Shown here: in pieces, positions 57,300 through 64,000 of the stretch
How positions within the stretch are numbered: the stretch's first letter is position 1
Layout of the letters: the number at the start of each line of letters is the position of its first letter
Source: an uncultured bacterium
GTDB taxonomy: Bacteria > Armatimonadota > HRBIN16
Direction: 5' to 3'
DNA: 64,000 nt
Assembly (NCBI GenBank): GCA_964650005.1
Contig: CAZYPZ010000002.1
Coordinates: forward strand, 5,398 to 69,397
Notes under the pieces: model-generated
Told to the model about the DNA's origin: nothing
Databases searched by the model: none
What the model saw: the letters and a program-made list of their open reading frames with translations, nothing else
Made by a program: the position numbers and the translations under genes

Positions 57300-59517
57300 T
57301 CACTCCCTGGATGAAGGAACCAAGCCAATGATGCTGCTGGCGCTGTCTCTGCTGGTGGCGATCTGGATATGCGGCAGCATGGCCAGCAGCCATCCCACCG
57401 CCATACCGGTAGCCTTGCGCCGCCGGTTACTCGATGACGTCGAGACTATCCCGGACGGAACGCCGATCTCCCAGGCGGACGCACAGGCGCGGTTTACGCT
57501 TTATACCGCACTGGTCGCACACGCCCCGACACCGATCCAGGATGATCTGCGCTTGGCGGCGTTTGAAATGTTTCGGTTCATTCATCAATGGCCGGAACCC
57601 GTCACCGCCGCGCAAGCCGGCTACATCGCCAGCCGGGTGGATGCCGGCTGGCTGCATGATTACGCGGATTGGCACGTCCGATGGACCAATCGCGGTCCGG
57701 AATGGGTCAGCTCACCTCAGCCGATCCGGCTGGCCCGCGGACTTACCCGAGTGGTGCTGGTCCATCTCGAGCGCCCGACTGCAGACCCGCCAAGCGTGCT
57801 GATCAGCTGCCAAGGCGCACCGGCGCTGAATAGTGAGGCGACCTCTTCCACTGATGCGGCCGGGACGCCTGCCTGGTATGCCGTCCCGGTGACGGTAACT
57901 GAGTTGTCCGTTCGGCGCGTCGATCTGCAGTTCGACGCGCCAAACGGGCAACGGCATGTGTTGTCCGCTCCGGTGGAGGTCCAGGAACCGGCAGTGGTAC
58001 AGGGCCGTACGGCGGACAAAAGAGAGCGTCGGCCGGTACCCGCGCGCCTGTATGCGCTGGGCAGCGACCGGCAGTTCCGTTCGGCGGAGGCCTATCAGGC
58101 CATACCGACCGTGACCGAAAAACAGTGTCTGGAATACATGTCGCATTTCTGGCGGTCTTACCGGTTGCCTTTCAGCTACACCGATGGGAGCTTCCGGGTG
58201 CTGCTGCCGCCCGGTAAGGCCGTTCTGGCCATGGAGAGGGGGCCCGAAACACGCCCGGAACCGGTTCGTCTCACGCTGAAACCGGGGGAAACACGAGAGC
58301 TGGTGTTGACCGACCGGACGATAACAGATCCCGGACGGCGAGGCTGGTATGCAGGCGATACCCACATCCATTGGGCGATCAACTACTGGCATGAGAACGA
58401 GGCCATTGACCTGCTGAAGGTGGTGCAGCGAGCCGAAGGGATCTCCGTTGTCAACAATCTGACGCTGTACCAACACCGCGACGCCGATCAGGGCGGTCCG
58501 TTCATCAAGCCGGATCAATATCCTATGGGCCCCGTACCGGGAGCTGAGCAGGGCGACTGGCTGATCTGGATGGGCGAAGAGTACCGGAATGACTCGCAAT
58601 ACGGGCACGTGAATATGCTAGCCATTCGAGAGTTGATCCAGCCGATCGCCACAGGTGCCGGTTCAGGAGGGCCTCCCGGCACGCCGGACTGGCCGCTGAA
58701 CCGCACGGCGCTGGAGGAGTGCCACCGTCAAGGCGGGATCAACGCCGAAGCCCATGGCCTGGGACCGCTGGGATTCAACGATATTCCCGCCAACGTGATC
58801 ATGGGACTGAGCGATCTTCTGGACCAGACAGATCCGGATGACTACTACCGGCTGTTGAACAGCGGCATCCGGATCGGTTTGGGCAACGGAAGCGACCATC
58901 CCGCTCGAGTGGCCGGCAGCCTGCGGTGCTATGCGCACATCCAGGGCCGGCTGACCTACCGCAAGTGGATCGATGCTTTGAAGGCAGGCAGGACGTTTAC
59001 AACATCGGGACCTCTGCTGTTTCTGACAGTGAATGGAAAAGGCCCGGGTGAGGTGCTGAACGTCAAGCCGGGCGAAAGCCTGCGGGTACGACTGGAGGCG
59101 GTATCCCGGTATCCTCTGGGGCGCGTTCAGATCATACGGAACGGCGAAATCATCGCAGATCGGCGGACACCCGATGATCGGTTGATCCTGCAAGTCGATG
59201 TTCACGTACAGGACAGTCTCTGGCTCGCCGCGCGGTGCAGCGGCATGCCGAACGAATGGAACCCGTTGCGGCGATATGACATTGCGCACACCAGTGCGGT
59301 CTATGCGCTGGTGGATCGTCGACCGGTACTCGAGCCTGCATCGATCCGTCACTGGATCGAATACCTCGAGGCGCATATTCAACGCATTCAGACCATGGCG
59401 GTCTATGAACATGCCTGGCAACGGCAGGAACAGGTGAACTACCTGCGTCAGGCGCTGCGCAAATACCAGGCTCTGCTGCACCAGGCCACAGGGGATAACC
59501 GGAAAGGCGCATCATGA
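57289..59517 (+). CDS. Secreted large protein with PHP/CehA-McbA-like metallohydrolase domain (paralog 2)
   Basis: Signal peptide ...KPMMLLALSLLVAIWICGSMASS (alternative start 57328). WYAGDTHIHWA, AEAHGLG, GNGSDHPARV. Homologous over its full length to the 44669-46861 gene. Its stop overlaps the next gene's ATG (ATGA). Confidence 0.5.
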   Translation: MVPAHSLDEGTKPMMLLALSLLVAIWICGSMASSHPTAIPVALRRRLLDDVETIPDGTPISQADAQARFTLYTALVAHAPTPIQDDLRLAAFEMFRFIHQWPEPVTAAQAGYIASRVDAGWLHDYADWHVRWTNRGPEWVSSPQPIRLARGLTRVVLVHLERPTADPPSVLISCQGAPALNSEATSSTDAAGTPAWYAVPVTVTELSVRRVDLQFDAPNGQRHVLSAPVEVQEPAVVQGRTADKRERRPVPARLYALGSDRQFRSAEAYQAIPTVTEKQCLEYMSHFWRSYRLPFSYTDGSFRVLLPPGKAVLAMERGPETRPEPVRLTLKPGETRELVLTDRTITDPGRRGWYAGDTHIHWAINYWHENEAIDLLKVVQRAEGISVVNNLTLYQHRDADQGGPFIKPDQYPMGPVPGAEQGDWLIWMGEEYRNDSQYGHVNMLAIRELIQPIATGAGSGGPPGTPDWPLNRTALEECHRQGGINAEAHGLGPLGFNDIPANVIMGLSDLLDQTDPDDYYRLLNSGIRIGLGNGSDHPARVAGSLRCYAHIQGRLTYRKWIDALKAGRTFTTSGPLLFLTVNGKGPGEVLNVKPGESLRVRLEAVSRYPLGRVQIIRNGEIIADRRTPDDRLILQVDVHVQDSLWLAARCSGMPNEWNPLRRYDIAHTSAVYALVDRRPVLEPASIRHWIEYLEAHIQRIQTMAVYEHAWQRQEQVNYLRQALRKYQALLHQATGDNRKGAS

Positions 59518-60890
59518 ACCGTGAGGACTTTCGGATCAGTCGCCGCGACCTGTTGAAAGCCGCGGCAATCACGACCATTGGCGTGACTGCCATCCAGGAG
59601 GGAACACCCGTGCAGGCACAAAACCGCGCATCTGCGTCCAGTCCGCAACGCACCCGTAACGTACTACTGGACTACATCAGCGATCTGGAAATCATTGACG
59701 CACACGAGCATCTGGCCCCCGAACCGGACCGTGTCGCGATGCCAGTAGACGCGCTGACTCTGGTGGGCATGTACAACTACGTGGATATTCAAAATGCCGG
59801 CATGCCGCGCATCGATGGCGAAGGGTTGTGGTCGCGCAACTACATGATCGATGCATCCGTGCCGCTGGAAGAACGCTGGCAACGCGTGTGGCCCTGGCTG
59901 CAGCATGTGAAATATGGCGGCTATTACCGCGCGGCCAAGCTGGCGATGAAACGGTTCTATAACATAGACGATCTGAACCCGCGTACCTACCGGGAACTGA
60001 CAGCGCGCATCCGCGCGAACAACACCCCGGGCCTGTATAAGCGGGTTTTGCGCGATGCCTGCCGTATTCGGACCTGCCTGGTTCAGAACGGGCGGGTTGA
60101 AGGACAGCAACCCGCCGAACTGCTCACGCCTGTGCAGGGAGACACGGCCGGCGCACCCATGTTCTGGAATCTTGACTACGCCAAGGCGATCAGCGCCATG
60201 CACCAGATGCCCATCGATACGCTGGATGAATATCTGGCCGTTCTGGCCGTTCACATGCAGGACTCGGTCAAACGGGGTGCGGTGGGCTTCAAGCTGGGCG
60301 CCACCCCGATGGTCAAACCGGACCACAACGCCGCGGCCGCAGAATACCTGGAGACGCTGAAAGGCGCCCGAGCCGGCATTCAGCTGCAGAGCGTGGTCTG
60401 GGACTTCGTCTGTGCAGAGGCCGGCCGGTTGGGCAAGACCGTTGCGGTACACACCGGTGTTTGGGGCGACTATCGGACAAACGATCCCAAGCTGATCATG
60501 GATGCGGTGATGCGTCACCCTGAAACGCGCTTCGACATATACCACCTAGGCTTCCCGTCAACACGTGACGTGATCTTCATGGTGAAAAACAACCCGAACG
60601 CATGGGCCAATCTGTGCTGGGCGTGGATAGTCAGTCCCACCATCACGCGTGAAGCCGTTAACGAACTGCTCGATCTGGTTCCCGTGAACAAAGTCATAGG
60701 GTTCGGTGCGGACTACAGCTTCAATGTGGAGTGCGTCTACGGACATCTGCAGATGGCGCGGGAGGGCCTGGCCGAAGCGTTTGCCGATCGGGTAACACGC
60801 GGCTGGCTGGGACTTGACGATGCACGGCATATCCTGAAGATGTGGCTGTTCGACAATCCGGTATCCCTGTATGGGTTGCGCCTGTCATGA
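59514..60890 (+). CDS. Tat-secreted amidohydrolase-2 family metal-dependent hydrolase
   Basis: Tat motif ISRRDLLKAAAITTIGVTAIQEG. DAHEHL (HxH) metal-binding start of the TIM barrel. Translationally coupled to the upstream paralog-2 gene. Confidence 0.65.
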   Translation: MNREDFRISRRDLLKAAAITTIGVTAIQEGTPVQAQNRASASSPQRTRNVLLDYISDLEIIDAHEHLAPEPDRVAMPVDALTLVGMYNYVDIQNAGMPRIDGEGLWSRNYMIDASVPLEERWQRVWPWLQHVKYGGYYRAAKLAMKRFYNIDDLNPRTYRELTARIRANNTPGLYKRVLRDACRIRTCLVQNGRVEGQQPAELLTPVQGDTAGAPMFWNLDYAKAISAMHQMPIDTLDEYLAVLAVHMQDSVKRGAVGFKLGATPMVKPDHNAAAAEYLETLKGARAGIQLQSVVWDFVCAEAGRLGKTVAVHTGVWGDYRTNDPKLIMDAVMRHPETRFDIYHLGFPSTRDVIFMVKNNPNAWANLCWAWIVSPTITREAVNELLDLVPVNKVIGFGADYSFNVECVYGHLQMAREGLAEAFADRVTRGWLGLDDARHILKMWLFDNPVSLYGLRLS

Positions 60891-60914
60891 ATCCCGGAAG
60901 AGGGAGGGGCGGAC

Positions 60915-62048
60915 ATGCGTAAGCCGTTGGCGTCGGTTATCGCACAGCGTCTGATCGATGACTATTTGGGTGCGGGCGGGTTGGCTCCGGGTGATCGCCT
61001 GCCGACTGTACGGCAGCTGTGCGCACGGTATGACACCACCAGCACCACGATCTGCGGAGCGCTGGCAGCTCTGGAGCAACGGGGACTGGTGCGCACAGAG
61101 CAGGGACGCGGCTGTTTTGTTCTGGATCCAGATCACCCGTCTGCAGACGCCATACGCTGCATTGGCGTGATCGTGGGACAGACGGCCGATCAGCCCAATA
61201 TGGTCATGCAGATGTATGAAGGCATCGAACGCGCGGCGCGCCGGTTGAACTACCGGCTGATGCTGGCGCTGCATCAGGAAAGTTACGAGCAGGAACGTGA
61301 TGACGCGTATGCCCTGCGTGCCGCTGGATGCCGTGGGCTGATCATTCATCCGACGTTGCGTAAGCGAAGTCAACTGAAGACCGACTATCTGGCTCGTGAA
61401 CACCTCGACTATCCCATCGTACTGATCGACCTGTGTCACACCGAACAACGGCGACCCATGGTGGTTCCTGACAACTATCAATCCGGCTTCGACATCACCA
61501 GTTGGCTGATCAAGCAAGGACATCGCCGCATCGCGTTCATGGACTGGAAAGCGAACGGAGAGGAACTGATCAGCCGCAGCGTGTCCGACCGGTACGAAGG
61601 ATACCTGGCGGCCCATCGCGTGGCGGGTATCGTACCCCATGCCGAAGATCACTGGAGGATCACGTTCCCACCAATGTCCCCCCCGGATATCGATCAGGCC
61701 GAACAGGACGCACTGCAGGCGCTCCGGCAGATCGCTGCCGATCCGTCCCATGCGCCTACCGCGCTCATGGCGCTGAACGACGAATGGGCGGTGCGTATGA
61801 TGAACCTGGCCCGACAGGCGGGGATTGCCGTGCCGGACGCACTGGAGATCACCGGTTTCGATAACAGTCCAGTGGTGACACGTATGGGGTACACGTTCCC
61901 GACCAGCGATCCACAATGGGAGCGGATGGGTGAAACCGCCCTGCAGATGCTGGATCGTGGGATACGCGGAGAACTATCGGATAACGCGCAGTATGTGCTA
62001 CCCGCGCCGATGCTGCTGCGCGCAGAAAGGCGTATCGCCGTATCGTAA
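60915..62048 (+). CDS. GntR-family transcriptional regulator with C-terminal periplasmic-binding-protein type-1 (LacI-like sugar-binding) domain
   Basis: N-terminal wHTH LPTVRQLCARYDTTSTTICGALAALEQRGLVRTEQGRGCFV. C-terminal PBP1-like segments (IGVIVGQTAD..., GLIIHPT..., ITGFDNSPV). Confidence 0.7.
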   Translation: MRKPLASVIAQRLIDDYLGAGGLAPGDRLPTVRQLCARYDTTSTTICGALAALEQRGLVRTEQGRGCFVLDPDHPSADAIRCIGVIVGQTADQPNMVMQMYEGIERAARRLNYRLMLALHQESYEQERDDAYALRAAGCRGLIIHPTLRKRSQLKTDYLAREHLDYPIVLIDLCHTEQRRPMVVPDNYQSGFDITSWLIKQGHRRIAFMDWKANGEELISRSVSDRYEGYLAAHRVAGIVPHAEDHWRITFPPMSPPDIDQAEQDALQALRQIAADPSHAPTALMALNDEWAVRMMNLARQAGIAVPDALEITGFDNSPVVTRMGYTFPTSDPQWERMGETALQMLDRGIRGELSDNAQYVLPAPMLLRAERRIAVS

Positions 62049-62326
62049 GGCGGCGCATTCGCCATCCGCGGCGCGAATGCTTGGCGCAACTGAGCGACAC
62101 CTGACCTGACGATGCAGGTACCAGAGGCAAACGGCCGGTGTCAAGACGTCCGGCCACTCTCGACCTGTTTGGATGCAGCTCTTTTTGATATCGATCAGGC
62201 TGAATACCGGCAAGACCAGGGCAGCCGTGCGTGTACTACAGATACGCCTCCGGTGGCCCAAGGCAGTGCCTCACGGATGTTTTCCACCCGCACCACATAT
62301 AATCTGGCTTCGAACTGCTCTGGTCT

Positions 62327-63949
62327 TCAAGCCAAGCGCCGTCGGATACGGCCCAGGTGTACCTCCAGCGGCCGTGCTCCGCGCACCAGCGGAGTGATCT
62401 CCACGTCTCCCGATGCGTGAGCGGTAACCGACACCACCCAATCATGGATGTGAACCGCGGAGACGTTCACGGAGGACCATGCGCGGGGCAGACGCGGATC
62501 CAGGCGAAAGCCGTTCACCGTAGGGCGTATACCCAGAAAGCCATACAGCATCACCTGGGGAACCAGTACGCTCTCCAGAAACTCCTGATCGAGTCCCAGC
62601 CCTCCGGGAGGACCGCCACCCTGCAGCACGCCGCGACCGGGTTTGGCATAGTACGCGCGATATCCGCCCTCGGCCTGTACCTCACGGAACCAGTGCAGAA
62701 TCGCCTGCAGACGTGTCCAGGCGTCATCCGGTCCCAAGGTGACCAGTCGGGCCATCAGGTCATGATAGCTGAAGCCCAGCACGGCGCCGCCATCCTGTAC
62801 CTGATCCCCCCACGGTATGGACTGGGGCTCGCTCCATGGCCAGGTATAGGTTTCTATGTTCCGGCGTGTAGTGGCGCGCGGGGCGAACCGCCAGTGGTAG
62901 ATATCGGCTCCGGTCGACGTATCGCCTATTACCATCCGCTGTCCGTTCAACCATTCCAAGATACGGCGCGCCTGATATGGCGAGGCCAGACCGTAGCAGA
63001 TGGCCTCGAGGTTCACAAACGTGAAACCGTAATCATACGCCTGTCCCTCGCAGTCGATCCATCCCACAAACCGCCGGGTCTTCCGATTCCAGAAGCGCCT
63101 CTGAAAGTCGGACCGTACGGCACGTGACAGCATGAGCAGTTCATCCGGATCCAGCCTGTCTTCAGGCGATATGCCCCACTCCCGATGAGAGGCAACCGCC
63201 CGTTCCAACTGCGCCATGCACAACAGCGCGTGATAGATGTATATCGTGGCCAATGCATCCGACCCACCGAAAGGCAGCAGGTCCCAATAGTTGTTACCGA
63301 CACCCAGTCCGTGCCGGATGGTCTTTCGCCCGTCCGGGTGCAGGACCAGCCCGCTGCGGCCATCATGCCCCACCCAAGGGATTCGTGCATGCTTTTCGGC
63401 CCAGACGCCACAGGTATCCAGCGCGTACCGCATTGCTTTGCGGATGCGCGGCATATTGGCCTGCAGAAACGCGACATCACCCGTCCAGTGGAAGTAGTCC
63501 GTACAGCCGTGCACATACATCGGATTGGTGATCGGGTGTCGCGTGTCGATCGCGGTGATCAGCGACTTCAGGTCGATAGACGCACCGATCGCCCGATCGA
63601 TCGTCACCCGGCAGCGGGTCAGCGTGCCGACGTATTCGGGATGCCGGTAGACCGGTACATTCGCATACTGCAACCGTCCGTCCGAACTCGGTGGATCGAA
63701 CCGGACATTTCGCCCGGAGGGCCATTGAGACTCGTCATCCCGCAGCCATTCGATGGAAGGCGTGCTATGCGAGGATAGCCCAACGGCGCCCCATTCAAGC
63801 CGAATAAACGGCGCGACGAGTACCGGACATCGGAATGGCGGCGTGGTGATGTGTACCCGACTCGATGTCGCCTTCAGTTGCAGTCCTCGGATCGGGTGGA
63901 TTCCCACCACTTCGGCGCCGTCGATGGTCCATCCTTCGGTGGAGGTCAA
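62327..63949 (-). CDS. Hypothetical six-hairpin (alpha/alpha)6 glycosidase-like protein
   Basis: 540-aa ORF, W/Y-rich with helical-repeat character (GNNYWDLLPFGGSDALATIYIYHALLCMAQL, YDYGFTFVNLEAICYGLASPYQARRILEWL). The N-terminus is near the window edge; its true start could lie beyond 63949. Confidence 0.4.
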   Translation of the reverse strand: MTSTEGWTIDGAEVVGIHPIRGLQLKATSSRVHITTPPFRCPVLVAPFIRLEWGAVGLSSHSTPSIEWLRDDESQWPSGRNVRFDPPSSDGRLQYANVPVYRHPEYVGTLTRCRVTIDRAIGASIDLKSLITAIDTRHPITNPMYVHGCTDYFHWTGDVAFLQANMPRIRKAMRYALDTCGVWAEKHARIPWVGHDGRSGLVLHPDGRKTIRHGLGVGNNYWDLLPFGGSDALATIYIYHALLCMAQLERAVASHREWGISPEDRLDPDELLMLSRAVRSDFQRRFWNRKTRRFVGWIDCEGQAYDYGFTFVNLEAICYGLASPYQARRILEWLNGQRMVIGDTSTGADIYHWRFAPRATTRRNIETYTWPWSEPQSIPWGDQVQDGGAVLGFSYHDLMARLVTLGPDDAWTRLQAILHWFREVQAEGGYRAYYAKPGRGVLQGGGPPGGLGLDQEFLESVLVPQVMLYGFLGIRPTVNGFRLDPRLPRAWSSVNVSAVHIHDWVVSVTAHASGDVEITPLVRGARPLEVHLGRIRRRLA

Positions 63950-64000
63950 CGGCTGCAGGTTCCAATGCGCGCCGTAGGACTCATCATGCGTCGAGAAAAA

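Noticed and set aside
57271-57393. Longer CE4 ORF starting at 57393
   Set aside because: It would overlap the divergent paralog-2 gene by ~100 nt. Its extra 41 residues are Gln/Arg/His-rich low complexity, whereas M42 begins a canonical signal peptide.
62055-62080. Hairpin GCATTCGC-N10-GCGAATGC immediately after the GntR/LacI-type regulator stop
   Set aside because: Plausible terminator, but the stem is short and the tail is not U-rich. Left uncalled.
1-64000. Mobile elements, CRISPR arrays, tRNA/rRNA genes, prophage or defence-island signatures
   Set aside because: I saw no transposase or integrase-like ORFs, no tandem direct-repeat arrays, and no tRNA-like cloverleaf candidates in intergenic regions. 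GC content is uniform apart from a short AT-rich promoter stretch near 22900 and 47600-47660.

Overview
High-GC (~65%) bacterial chromosomal segment, densely coding on both strands, with about 38 protein genes. No rRNA, tRNA, CRISPR array or mobile element was recognised. The window is dominated by predicted carbohydrate-active enzymes: GH9-like, GH127-like, GH36 with an NPCBM domain, GH43/130-like, GH55-like with two beta-helix domains, GH31, CE4, and several large secreted proteins carrying CBM-like or six-hairpin domains. These are interspersed with hydrolases (two nitrilase-superfamily C-N hydrolases, an Amidohydro_2 protein, two paralogous PHP/CehA-like metallohydrolase proteins), an MFS transporter, a Gfo/Idh/MocA oxidoreductase, an SLH-domain protein, an orphan hybrid histidine kinase, hrcA, a GntR/LacI-type regulator, and cobO (cob(I)alamin adenosyltransferase). 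The clearest non-coding element is a cobalamin-riboswitch-like leader with an intrinsic terminator on the minus strand immediately upstream of cobO. Several AT-rich or palindromic intergenic motifs look like operator sites. Most long ORFs that overlap genes in antisense are artefacts of the high GC content. Coordinates of internal starts are derived from the supplied ORF frames; my manual base counting disagreed by 1 nt in two places.
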